Assembly (NCBI RefSeq): GCF_036971445.1
Contig: NC_091470.1
Location: forward strand, 190,278,001 to 190,342,000
Direction of reading: 5' to 3'
DNA from: Narcine bancroftii
Lineage: Eukaryota
DNA length: 64,000 nucleotides
The translations under genes were made by a program, and so were the position numbers. The notes below the pieces were generated by a model. It was not told the origin of the DNA and did not search any database. It worked only from the letters and a program-made list of their open reading frames with translations. This document shows, piece by piece, positions 1 to 12,508 of this stretch (position 1 is its first letter; each line of letters starts with the position of its first letter).

Positions 1-149
1 GCTGAGTTTCTCCAGTATGTTTGTGTATTGCAAGATGAGTATTTATTGGCTTCTTTATTTCTTCAAAGTATCTTAAATTTGTCTTGGTTTTGTTATACGT
101 ATCTGGGATGCTGTAGCAAGTAGCATTTTCATCGTACACTGTAAATTTT

Positions 150-378
150 TTAATTTAGACATAAGCATGGTAACAGGTCATTCCAGCCCACGATCCCATG
201 CTGCCCATGAACACCAAATAACTACAACCCCTGTACGTTTCTGAAAGGAGGGAGAAAACTGGAGCACCCAGAAGAAACCCACGCAAACACAAGGAGAACA
301 TACAAACTCCTTAGGGACAGCGCCAGATTCGAACCCGGATCTCTGGCGCTGTAATGACATTGCGCTAACTGTGCTGTC
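150..378 (-). mobile_element. tRNA-derived V-SINE (HE1-like)
   Basis: Minus strand has B-box GGTTCGAATC followed by the V-domain core GGAGTTTGTATGTTCTCC...GTGGGTTTC...GGGTGCTCCAGTTTTCTCCC. Confidence 0.8.
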
Positions 379-956
379 ATCGTGCAACTGAATGAACTGT
401 TAATTTATGTGGATTGTTCCTGAGACTGGACATCTTGTCTCAATTCCATATTTCTTCAATATCCCACTTTCAGTTCCAAGTACGCGATTCAAACTTGTGT
501 CTTTGGGTCCTCATCCCTTTTTTTTAACATTTTAAAACCACAGAAGCCCATGTCCAAGGTGGTGGCCCCCATGTTTTTTTTATATTTTATTTATGATCTT
601 CATAGACTCAAAACTCAACTAACCATTCAATCTTTCCAACATTCCTGCATATATACACAGAGTCTGTATTTATCCCCACCCCTCCCCTCTCACATACAAT
701 TTAATATACCATCAAGTAATTTATGTTAATACAGACATCAATGGGGCCATCATCCCTTACAAAAACCTAAACAGAAAAAAAAATAAAAGAACTGAAAAGA
801 CAAAAGTACGTCATCCGCACCATTAGTTACACTCCTTTTCCTATTGGGACTGATTATTACAGTATCACTCTTTCTAGGGGGTGGGGGGAACTAATCCAGT
901 TGAGCTTTGATATATCTCAGGTAAGGTTGCCATACTCCAATGAGTGTTGTAGTGTA

Positions 957-3900
957 TGTGGTATAATGAGTGTGGAAGGAAGACACACACATGAGGAGTT
1001 GAAATCGAAAGCTGCTTTATTCCACTGGCAGCTCTGCTTGTCTGGGCCCCTATGCTGATGTCAGGGTCCCGTGTCATCAGAGAGCTGTCCTCGGGGTGGC
1101 CAGTGTTCCCACCAGAGGTCCCCATCTTACTGCCATGTGGGGGTCACTTGGGATGATGGTCGGTGTCGACCCAAGTCCGTGTGGTCACCGTGTTCGTCAG
1201 CCATTTTGCAGGCGGGTTCACATCTCCATGCACGGGCCGCTATATGACTCACCCCAGAACTGCCAACTGGACAAATGTCCATAGCCTTCAGAGGCCAGCC
1301 CCTGCGTTGTAGGTGTGGAGTGCAACTGGCTCATTACAGTCCAGATATGCCGTTTTCAGGTGCTCAACAGTAAAGATTTCCTCCTTACTGCCAATGTCGA
1401 AGAAGAAGGTGGAACTATTATTTGTAATAACCCTGGAGGGCCCCTTGTAGGGGTTGGCAGTGTATGCACGTTCTCACGAATATGAACGGACAAGTCTTAA
1501 GTCCCTGGGGACGTTATGTTTGGGCTGGCTGTGCGGTGGGGGTTGCCGATGGACCCAGGTTAGCCGCGGGGTCTTCTGGGATTTTGTCAGGGGCCAGGAA
1601 TTCCCCAGGGATAATTAAAGGTGCACTGTAGACCATCTCCACTGCTGAGGCATTGAAATCCTCCTTTCGTGCAGTACTGATTCCCAGCAGGATCCAAGGC
1701 AGTTCGTCCACCAGTTGGGATCTTTAAGCTGGGCCATCAAGGCTGCCTTGAGGTGCCTGTGGAAGCACTCCACCAACCTGTTGGTCTGTAGGTGATGCTA
1801 TGTGATATGATGGAGCTGCATCCCCAGAAAGTTAGCCCAGAGTCCAGAGGTGAATTGTGCCCCTCTGTCCGAGGTGAGGTGCTCCGGAACACTGAATCAG
1901 GACTCTCATGTGTTCCCAGCACAGGTTTCTGTGATGGTATCAGCCAGCAGGACTGTCTCAGGCCACCTGTGGAGTGGTCTATCATGGTCAAGAGGTATAT
2001 CGTCCCACAGGAAAGTGGTAACGGCCCCACTAAGTCAATGTGCACATGGCTGAACCTGCACTGAACTGGTTTAAAAGTTTGTGTGGGCGCTCAGGTGTGA
2101 TCCTGCGCCTTGGAGGACTGACAGGTCGTGCAGGTCTTTGCCCATTGGCTTACCTGTTTACGGAGGCCACGCTAGACAAACCTGTTGGCCACTATTTTGA
2201 CTGTGACATGGATGACATGGTACGCCAGGTTTTGGATAGCCTTGAAAGGGTTGCCGGTAGAAACGTGGCACAGCAGTGTCAGACTACCTGGGCTGACAGG
2301 GACGTCCTCCACCCTGAGACTGTAGATGGCTGTCCTGTAAGCGAGGTCTTGTTGCTGAACTTTGCACGGGCCAAATAATCGACCCCTTGGTTCAGGGTGT
2401 GTTTTGACTTGATCGCGGGGCATGACAGAATGTCAGCCACTATGACTTTTCCCCGCAATATGTTGAATGTTCGTGGTAAATTTGGACACATAGGACAAGT
2501 GCCATAAGTCCGATACCTTATAGAAAGTGAAAGTCAGTGGCTTGTGGTCAATGAACACCCTGAATTGCCGGCTTTCCAAAAAGTAACGGATGTCTTACCG
2601 CCAGGTAAAGCGCTAACAGCTCCTGGTTGAAAATACTGTTCAGGGTGGGGGGGGAGGCAGAGGTGCCTACTGAAACAGGTCAGGGGTTGCAACTGGCCCT
2701 CGATGCGTTGTTCTAGCACGCCCCCTACTGCTGTGCTGGAGGAATGAACAGTCAGTTGCCTCTGGACTGTGGTGGACAAGGAGGGTGGCAATGGCTAGCA
2801 TGACTTTGGCACTCTGGAACCACTCTGGATTCCTCAACCCAAGCAATGTCTTTTGCCTTGCTGGTCATCAGCTCAAAGCATGATGCATGCCCCTATAGTA
2901 TGAACCTGTGGTAAACAGGTTCCTGCAGTCCTTTCACCTTGCGTGGCTTAATGAAGTTCCAGGCCACCTCAGCCTTCTCGGGGAGGGGTGTGGCTTCGTG
3001 CCTGTTAATTCTGTGCCCCAGGAAATCAATGATGTCCAGACCGAACTGGCAATTAGTGGAGTTGGTGGTCAGCCCTGAACTCACTCAGCCGGGTGCACAG
3101 CTATCTTAGGTGGGTGGTGTGGTCTTTGTGGCTGCGGTTGGCGATGAGGATACCATCAAAGTAGATGAACGCAAATGGAAGGTCCCAGCCCAATGCGTCT
3201 TATCAGCCGCTGAAAAGTTTGCGCTGCGTTTTTTTAAACCGAAGGGCATGTGGAGAAATTCAAACAAACCAAAGGGGTTTATGATTGCAATCTTGGGGAT
3301 GTTCTGCGGGTGAACTTGGATTTGGTGCTACTTCTGGATGAGGTCTATCTTGGAGAACACCCGTGCCCCATGCAGGTTGGTGGTAAAGACAGATGTTAGG
3401 CACGGGATATCTTTCGGACATGGTGCCCTCATTGAGGCAGCAGTCATCCCTGCATGGGCTCCAACCCCCTGCTGACTTGGGCACCATGTGGAGCGGGGAA
3501 GCCCAAGGACTGTCGGAGTGTTGCACAATCCCAAGCTCCTCCATCTTTTTTAACTCATCCTTCGCCAGGCTGAGTTTCTTGAGTGGGAGTTGGCGCACCC
3601 TGGCATGGAGTGGGGTCCCTTGGTCTGTATGTGGTGCCTTACTCTATGCTTTGGCTCAGCTGTGGAGAACTGTGTATCGAGGGGAACTCTGCCAAGACGC
3701 GGGCAAATTCACTGAGAATGTTATAAGAGTCCGGTTGGGGGGGTGGGGGGGGGCAGGTATCTTGGCATCCCCCAGAGGCAGAATCTGAAAGGTTCTGGTG
3801 TGCCCCAAGCACCATCCCTTGAGGTTGACCAGTAAGCAGTGGATTCAAAGGAAGTCGGTCCTCAGGAGTGGCACTGTGCCACTGCTGCGATGGTAAAGGT

Positions 3901-5103
3901 CCATGTAAACTGGCTGTTGTCGAAACAAAGGGGGATGGTGCGGGTCCCAAAAGTTCGAATGCAGGAGCTGTTGGGTGCCCTCAGTGTTGGGCCCTGTTTT
4001 CCGTAGCGGATGTTGAGGCCCACGGAGAGTAGGTTGCTTATCTCAATGCATGTGTCAACCAGAAAACGCCCGCCCGAGTGAGTCCCAGATTTGGAGGAGA
4101 CTATCATATGGGCCAAATGCCGCAGCCATCAATGATGGTTGACCAGGGTGTTTCCCAGAACCATGCAGAGTGGATGGCATTGACTAGCTTCTGCACCCCA
4201 TCGCTGGTGCTATTAGCACAACTGCCCCATGATGTTCACTTGCCTCTCCGCTGGCCTTGATGTCGCCGGGGGCTGTTCGTGGGGCTTGCTGATGTGGTCT
4301 GTGATGGCACTGGCATCCTTCTTCGCTCTCCAGAGTATGCTTGCCCAGGTGGAAACCCCCTGAAGGTCGCTGAAGTCCTGCCTGTGAGCAAGAGCCCTAT
4401 ATCCTCAGGCAGCTGCTCTTGGAAGATCTGCTTGAAGAGCATGTAAGGCTTCTGGCCCTCGATCAATGCGAGCATTTCGCTCATAGGGCAGATGGGGCCC
4501 TGCCCCCCATACAGTCCATATGCAGCAATCAGGTGCAACGCTCGTGCTGGGAAAGCCCGAAAGTGTGGGTTAGTAGCTCTTTGAGGGCCACGTATTTGCC
4601 TTGATCCGGATGCTTCCGTAGGAAATCTACAACCCTTGCCGCTGTGTCCTGATCAAGTGTGCTCACAATGTAGAAGTGGCAGGTGTCATCGGCAGTGATG
4701 TGGCGAAGCTGAAACTGAACCACGGCCTGCTCGAATCCAGAACATCGGAAGGCTGAGAGAGACCACATGGATTGTCGCTGGCTCTGCTTGATCCATTATC
4801 TTTGGCTCCAACTGGCAGTTGGGCATATTGGGGTCACCAACGCATTACAATGAATGTGGAAGGAAGACACACACACGAGGAGTCGAAATCGAAGACTGCT
4901 TTATTGCACTGACAGCTCTGCTTATATGGGTCCCTGGCACTGACGTCAGGGGCCACGCCATTGAAACGCTGACCTTGGGTTGGCTGATGATCCCACCAGA
5001 GTTCCCATCTTCCCGCCATGTGGAGGTCACCTTGGATGACGGCCAGTGTCACCCCATGTCTTAGTGGTTTCCGCGTTTGTCAGCCATTTTGAGGGCTGCT
5101 ACA
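957..5103 (-). mobile_element. Degenerate Ty3/Gypsy LTR retrotransposon (LTRs about 957-1222 and 4841-5103)
   Basis: Two alignable LTRs of about 265 bp and PBS TGGTGACCCC next to the 5' LTR. Gag, protease (FLVDT), RT (WASPLHMVPK, FSKIDL), RNase H and integrase (HIDLVGPLP) occur in Gypsy order, with many frameshifts. Confidence 0.93.
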
Positions 5104-5944
5104 GTTTCCTCCATAGGTTATATGTGATTTTCTCCAGGGGAACGCAACGCTGCATTTCCATATTCCATCGTGTGGTATTTAGTGGGGAGTCAGACTTCCA
5201 TCAAACCACTATACACTTCCTGGCTACTGCCAAGGTGACCTTCACAAACAAAATTTGGTATTTGGACGGTCTCAACTGCACTTCCCCAATATCTCCCAAA
5301 AGGTACAACTCGGGATCCCATGGAAAATCCACTTTTGTCATTTTTTTCATAATGTTCCCCAGGTCTTCCCAGAAAGGTATCACCTTTGTATATAGCCAGG
5401 TGGAGTGGACAAAAGTTCTAACCTCCACACCACATCTGAAGCACATCTCTAAAATTTCACGCTTTGACTTGTGTGAGGTACAACTAGTGCAAGAAATTGT
5501 ACTGCACCAACCTGTATCTGGCATTGACAATCCCCGTCACACTCTCCAGACATGGGTCTTGCCCATGTCATAAACCCCTTTGGTTTGTTTGAATTTCTCC
5601 ACATGCCCTTCGGTTTAAAAAAATGCAGCGCAAACTTTTCAGCGGCTGATAAGACGCATTGGGCTGGGACCCTCCATTTGCGTTCATCTACTTTGATGGT
5701 ATCCTCATCGTCAACCACAGCCGCAAAGACCACACCACTCTTTATTTATTGTTGTACCCAAGTCTGTCTCCCATCTCTCCCTCGACCTATTGAAGTCCAG
5801 CTTTGGGTCCTCATTGTGGAATATGTAATACATCTTAGAGATAAATTTACATACATTCCCCTTTTGAATTAGAATCTCCATGTCACTATATTCAGGTAGG
5901 CTCATGGATGGTCCCAATTTTTCCCTTAAGAAAGATATTGTTTG

Positions 5945-6498
5945 ATTATCATTGTGTCTGTAATCATATATTCAAAATTGCTTCCTTCTGGTAATCTCAG
6001 TCTGCTTCCCAATTTGTCCTTCAAGTAGGTTTTCAGTTGGTGGTATGCAAACATTGTGAGTTATACCATATTTGTCATTCATTTATTTAAAAGATAATAA
6101 TTTATTTCTCGAAAAACAGTTTTCTATTCTTTTGATCCCTTTTCTCTCCCATTCTCTAAAGGAAAGGTTATCTATTGGGAACCGTACATGGAACACAACA
6201 GAGAAGTCCTACCGCGGACCTCCACTGCCTTAATGACAGAAGGAGAAGAAGACGAAATGAACTGACCCAGTGTGTAAAAGTAGATGACACAATTTTCTTG
6301 TTTATTTTCATTGTGTGATGACATTGTTTAATGGGTTTAATGTATTGTATATGTTGAACGTTGAGTGGGTGGGGAGGGGGGTGAAGGAGGGAGGGAAGGG
6401 AGGGGGGGAAAGGGGAGAAAATGACACTGTGTGTATTCAAGAGGGAAATGTTTGTGTGTATTTTGGTCAGTATGGTTCATAGTGTAAAAAATTAAAAA
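5945..6498 (+). mobile_element. 5'-inverted, truncated L1 insertion with 17-bp TSD
   Basis: TSD AAGAAAGATATTGTTTG at 5928-5944 and 6499-6515. 5945-6173 is inverted ORF2 and 6174-6498 is the sense 3' end with an A-tail. Same family as the L1 at 52565-59240. Confidence 0.92.
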
Positions 6499-6993
6499 AA
6501 GAAAGATATTGTTTGCAGATAGCAGAAGAATGTTCTGTTAGACAAATCATATTTGTTCCTTAATTGGTCAAATGATATTAGCTGCCCCCTTTTGTAACAA
6601 TCCTTGATACACCCTTCTGGCACCAAGTGTCCAGGATTTTATTTCCCAGAGTTAAGGGTATTAACTTATTCTGGGTCAAGGGTGTTTTTGGGAGAATTCC
6701 CACCTTCCATCCAATGCATTGTTATTTTCTTTGAGAGTAATTTGGTTTCCCATTTATGTATAAATTCTTCGGCTATCCCTTTGCCTACCAAGTGTAGTTT
6801 AATTTGTGCCCATGAGATGGGGGGGAGGGGGAAGGGAGAGCCTTCCTCAAAGAGTGAGATGAGAAACCTCTCCTGGGATGTCCAATAATATTTTATTTTT
6901 AATCAGGTAATTTTAAACCCCCCAAGTTGTAGTCCCATGTCAACTTTTCCATGGAGATTCTAGCCACTTTCCCATTCCACAGAAACTTTCTGA

Positions 6994-7294
6994 TGTAGCC
7001 GCCGCTACTCTGCTCCTGCAATAACACACACATAACCAGATGGCTTGAGCTCAGTGAGCAGACTAGTTTATTGCAGGCTTCTGGGCTGCACTTATACTCC
7101 CAGCCCAGACCTGGCTGAGAACTGCACTGGAGGGCGCTAACGTCACCCGGGCGTCACGTGGTCCCCCAGCGCGGGGCTTCTGAGACCCGTGCTGGGAAGA
7201 AGGGTAAACCCCTGACGGCACCATTTTGGCAGGCTGCCCCGCCGCGTGGCTTACAAGTGGGGCTGGTTCGCCTGCGTAATGGTGTGCCACCACA
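6994..7294 (-). mobile_element. Solo LTR (301 bp)
   Basis: TGT...ACA termini, 4-bp TSD ctga/ctgg, TATA-like and AATAAA motifs on the minus strand. It interrupts L1 ORF2. Confidence 0.85.
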
Positions 7295-8325
7295 CTGGCA
7301 CACTTGTTGAGCACTTTAAAAATATCCTGAGGCAATGAAATGGGTAACGATTGGAAAAGATATTGGAGCCTTGGTATCACCTCTATTCTGACACAGTTGA
7401 TGTTATGGACAGAGTCCTCCACCTAACTAGGTCCTCCTCAATCTTCCGGAGCAAAGGAATATAGTTAAGTCTGTATGTAATGTAAAAGTTTATCTACTTC
7501 AATCCCCAGATATTTAATGCCTTCTTGTGGCCATTTGAAGTGGCTTCTTTGTTAATACTGCCCATAATCCTCATTCATCAGATATTATCTCACTTTTGTA
7601 TAAATTTACCTTATACCCCCAAACCTTTCCATAATCTTCCAGTGTGGTCTTCAGCCCAGCCAACGACCCTCGACCCCGGAGTCCGTCAAATATACATCAT
7701 CAGCAAAAAGTTTGTTTTGTGTTCCACCTGGGCCACCATGAACTCCTTTATGTCTGGATCCTGCCGAATGGCTTCTGCTAACGGCTCAATGGCTAATATG
7801 AACAGCGCTGGGAACAATGGGAACCCTTGCCTGCTTGACATGGAGACATCTGCCCTCCCTCTCTGCTCCACGCATCCCTCTCATTCTCCAAGCACCTCAC
7901 AGTCCTCTATCTTTTCTACCCTTTCCTCCATGCCAGTGATCCTCTTTGACTGGTCAGCCACAGCCCTTTTTACTTCTCCCTGTGTCCACAGATAGTCCTC
8001 TCAATATCTTCTTCCATCAGGCTTCGGAGGCCTCCACTACCACCTCCATTACTTCCCTTCTCAGAGGGTTTCACTGCTTCTTCTATGAACCCCTCTGATG
8101 CCTTCACCTGTCACGGCAATGGGTCTCCGGGAGCTTGGCTTCACCGCTGGAACAAATAGGACCCCATTCAGAGTTTGCAGGAGGCAAATCCACAGACACT
8201 CAGCATCTCTGAAGGAACTCTTCTCTGCTCCTCTTTCCTATATTGACTGGGGGCAGCGGGCCTCTGTGTGCCTTTATGGCAGACAAACATTGGCAAATTT
8301 GTGTACTTTTACATTTTGTGTATTA

Positions 8326-8538
8326 CAGTAAAATCCCCATTACCCAGAATTCAGGCAACTAGCAAAGAAAAACAAAAATCGCAGAAAATAAGCAGGTATA
8401 AAAATACAGAAGTTTAAAATTGGTACCCCAAGCGGTTGGTTCGCCAATCACACAACATGCAGTCTCAAGCAACTGTCAAATACACTTATCCAGCATCTGC
8501 TAATCCCCATAGCTGCCGGATACCAGGGGGTTTGACTG
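8326..8538. mobile_element. Tc1/pogo (Tigger-like) MITE
   Basis: Imperfect TIRs CAGTAAAATCCCC / GGGGTTTGACTG, with TA at the left end. Confidence 0.65.
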
Positions 8539-8869
8539 ACAATAAACGAATCTTGAATCTTGTTTCTCCACTCTGACATCTTGAAGCGAATCTGATCAGA
8601 TACTGCTTCTCAGTTCCAATCCCATCCCATCTCTGCCATCCAACAGCGGCTCCCAAGGGTGCCGTCAGCATAACGACTACATTGTAGCTCCAGTGACTCA
8701 GGTTCAATCTGAACCTCCAACTGCTCCAGTTTCCTCCCGCATATCAAAGACGGGGAGGGTGAGGGTATGCTGAAAATTGCCTCTGGGATCTAAGTGAGTG
8801 GGATAATCTGAAAGGCACTATCGAGAGTGGGGCAAATAGGATTCGTGCGGATGGAGTAAGACACGATTG

Positions 8870-9255
8870 AAGTAAAAACATGATGCAGGTCAAACAGCGT
8901 ACCTTGTATAGCAAAGTTAAAGATACATAACCAGTGTTTCGGGCCTGAGCCCTTCATCAAGGTGCGAGTAAGATGTAGGGAGGCGTCTGAATATAGTGAT
9001 GGTGGAGGGGGTGAGGGGCAGGGATAGGTGCACAGGGATGAGGGAGTCATAACGGACACCAGGAGGAAGAGTGGTCTGTGAATGGAGGGGGAAGGGGATG
9101 GGTAACTGGAGGAAAAGAAACAGAGGGTCAAGGAAGAGAGGGAAAGGGACCAGTGGTCTAGCAGAAACTGGAGAAGACTATGTTAATCATCCAGTTGGAG
9201 GGGGTCCAGACAGAATATTAGGTGGTACTCCTCTAATTTATGGTCAGCCTTGGTA
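8870..9255 (-). mobile_element. Penelope-like element 3' fragment with hammerhead-like motif
   Basis: Aligns with the other GIY-YIG C-terminal fragments in the window and carries TTGATGAAGGGCTCAGGCCCGAAAC. Confidence 0.65.
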
Positions 9256-9399
9256 AGATGTTACTGTCAGCTCAAAAAATGAGGGGCCAAAAGACTGATT
9301 TCATGCTATTCAGTTCTGTGAATGGCTCCAGAATCCTACCTCAGACAGTTCACAGATCTGATCTTGCAGTCGTGCAGCATGGAATGGCCAGAGAACCAT

Positions 9400-10497
9400 G
9401 GAGCACAACAGGTCCTTCTGCCCATCTAGTCCCAGACCCAGTCCATATCCCTCGAATTAAAATTGAGCCCACATTCACTTCAGGTGGCAGCTCATTCCAT
9501 GCTCTTTGTGAAGAACTTCCCCCTAACATTCCCTTTAAAAATCTCACTTTTTTTTAAACCTTCGTTTTTCCTTGACTGTCAATCATAAATGGCATCTGGC
9601 AGCGTGGTCAGGTACAGGGTTTGAGTTTTCCTCCTTTAATATTTTATTATTGCATATCTTTATTTTTGCATTATTAGAATTTTTTCTTTAAGAAAGGTAG
9701 ATACAGTGTACTATTTAGAATATGAATTATGGATATGATTTACAAATTATGCATGTTAGCGTTAAAAAGAATGTCTTATTTATTTTGTGTAACTGTCCTT
9801 ATCTTATTGAATTGTACTTTTTTGTTTGTATACTTTTTATTAAAATCAATAAAATTATTTTAAAAAAGAAATCTCACCCTTAATCCATGTCCTGTCTCAA
9901 CCTCAGTGGAAATAACCCAAATTGCATTTTTTCCTATCTCTGCACCTCATCAAAACTCCCCTCTTTCGACACTCCAGGGAATGAAGTACTAACCTGTTTA
10001 AGCTTTCCCTGTAACTCAGTTCAAGTCTCAGAAACATCCTTGTAAATTTTCTCTGCACTTTCAATCTTATTGATATCGTTCCTGTAGTTAAGTGACCAAA
10101 ACTGCATAAAATACTCCAAATTTGCCTCACCAATGTCTTGTACAGCTTCATAACATCCCAACTCCTTGACCCAATACTTTGATTTATGAAGGCCAACATG
10201 CCAAAAGCTCTCTTTAAGACCTAATCTACCTATGATGCCACTTTCAGGGAATAATTTATCTGCATTACCAGATCCCTCTCTGCATTCACTGCATTCCTCA
10301 TTGCCTTACCATTTACCTTGATTTGTCCTCGAATAGTGCAACACCTTACACATCCCCATTAACGTTCCATCTGCGATTTTGCAGCCATTTTTCCAGCTGG
10401 TCCAGATCCTCCACATCTTCAAACTTTGTGTCATTTGCAAACTTGCTGATCCAATTTGCCACATTATGATCCAAATCAATGATATAAAATGATAAAC
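9400..10497 (-). mobile_element. CR1 LINE 3' fragment, interrupted by an A-tailed LINE 3' piece (about 9550-9868) and resuming near 12240
   Basis: Encodes MLAFINQSIGSRSWDVMKLYKTLVR and RKFTRM. A 9-bp direct repeat aaatctcac flanks the nested piece. Confidence 0.8.
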
Positions 10498-10499
10498 AA

Positions 10500-12232
10500 T
10501 AAAATTGAGCTCATTAAACTTTGGAGTAGTGGGCCCTACGGACTACTTTAAATTGTAATAAGGTATGTCTAGCACAGAGAGAGGATGATTGTACATTTTT
10601 TGAAATAGACTCCCATGTATCTTCAGCAAACAGCTGTCGAAAGTCATGTTACCAAACTTTTTTCACGTTGGGTAAAGAACTATTGCTAGATCTTAAAAGT
10701 AGTTCATAAAGGGCTGAAAGCTGTCCTTTCTAATTAGGTCTAAAATTTTATACTTCCCAGATGAGATTAAAATCAAAATCTTGGGGAAGCCTCAAAGTTG
10801 AGGAGTTTAAGAAGCTAATCTGTAAAAATGAGACAAATGTTGATTCGGTGATTTAAATTTGGCAGATAATTATTCAAAGGAAGCAAAATTTTGGTCTATA
10901 TACAAGCCCAAGAAAGATTTGGACCATTGAGTATATCCAGTGTCTTGAACCAAAGGTGTTTTTTTTAAAAAAAGGAATGACATAAAATTGCACAAATTAA
11001 TAAAAAAAATCTGTGATAACCCAAGTGCTTTCTAAATTGGAACCAAATATGCAAAGTATGTCTAACTACCAATTTATCAGTTAGTTTGGAGAATGAAAAA
11101 GACAAATGTGCTCTATGTATTGAGATAAGAGAGTGTCTTTTAACAGATTTCATTTTTAACTCAATCCATCTTGAGGCACCTGAATATTCATTATGATGTG
11201 TCCAAATAATGATGTATCTAATGTTTGCTGCCCAGTAATAAAGTCTCAGATTAGGTAATGTGAAGTCCCCATTTTTAAAAATTATTTTGAAAGTATTTCT
11301 CCCCCCCCCCCCCCCCCAAACTGGGATGCTTATTTTTCCCATATAAAAGAGGAAATAATTGAAATTAATGGATCAGAAAAAAGATTTATGAGCATATACT
11401 GGGACAGCTTGAAAAACACACAAGAACTTAGGCAGGGTATTCTTAACATGATTCGATAAAGTAGGAAAATGTTCCTTAAACAAGTTAGTGATCCTTCTAG
11501 TAATAGTTATACCTAGATAATTAAATTGGTTTTTAACAATTTTAAAAGGGATAGAGGGGTCAAGAGTGTAGGATGTGCCATGTGTGATTTAAGATTAAGA
11601 TCCTCTAAATGGGATAAGTGTACAATTCAGGAAGGTCCTTTACATCATCTGTTCTGGCTTTGTCCCTCCATTTGTAACTACTGGAAAGAAGTATTTACAC
11701 TAGCTTTAATTCTTGATATCAATCTCTCCAAGCCCCTCCATTGCTATTTTTTGGAATGAAGGGACCGATAGACTTAATTTTGACTCCGTCTCAATCCAAT
11801 GTGGTAACTTTTGCAGCCTTAATTGCTGCAGTGGAAAGATGTTGTCCCTCCTAAGCAGACACAATGGTTGTCAGATTTCTTAAGAGAAAATTAGGTGTTC
11901 AAATACTGCAATGATTACAAAAGCATTCTCTTGGGTTCTTTTTAAAATTATTTTCAAAATTCATAGATCAATTATTTTCGGTGTTTATTCATTTTTTTCC
12001 CTTTTTCATTTCCTTTTTACTGAACCTATTAGTTTTGAAATTAGTAATCGACACCCGACTTTGTTAGTAATCGCTCAGATAATAGGCTGGGGTTAGAAAT
12101 TAAATTTTAAAAAATCAGTAACATGGATCACACATATCTTGTTTATTGTTGCTATCTGTAATTTTAATTCATTGATACCTGAACATCGTATCTGCGTATC
12201 TAATATTTCTTTCAAAAGCCAATAAAAATTGA
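10500..12232 (+). mobile_element. Older L1 insertion with inverted 5' segment (10500-11600 minus, 11600-12232 plus)
   Basis: Minus part encodes YLGITIT, LPNLRLYYWAANI and LLQFKVVRRAHYSKV. Plus part begins with the next ORF2 motif, the zinc knuckle DKCTIQEGPLHHLFWLCP, and ends in AATAAA. Confidence 0.75.
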
Positions 12233-12508
12233 AACAAATGACAATGAACCCAGCATCAATCCCTGAGCTGCGCCACTCGCCCATCACATTCATGCCAATC
12301 ATTAAAGACACACATGGTTGCCATTCCACAAAGACAACATTGGAGGTCAGGATCAAACCCAAGTCATTCAATGGCGTGAAATGCCTTCTCAAGCATCATA
12401 AGGAAATCTCAGAACTCTTTCCTGAAGAGCTACCTCACCTCTAATATCTCATATCATTCAATGGTAAACTCACTAGAGTTCCTGCATGGCAAGTTAAAAT
12501 TGTTGTAT

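Larger units (their letters stand above)
570..8140 (-). mobile_element. Old, internally deleted L1 LINE hosting nested insertions (Gypsy, templated fragment, young L1, solo LTR)
   Basis: ORF2 remnants: RQGFPLFPALFILAIEPLA, CFRCGVEV and PLEKITY. The C-terminus ..GVWQPYLRY..* resumes left of the Gypsy element, and there is a T-rich tail near 570. Confidence 0.8.

Noticed and set aside
320-378. tRNA gene (also near 34745-34800 and 37480-37530)
   Set aside because: The B-box is followed by the V-SINE core and no full cloverleaf forms, so these are SINE heads.
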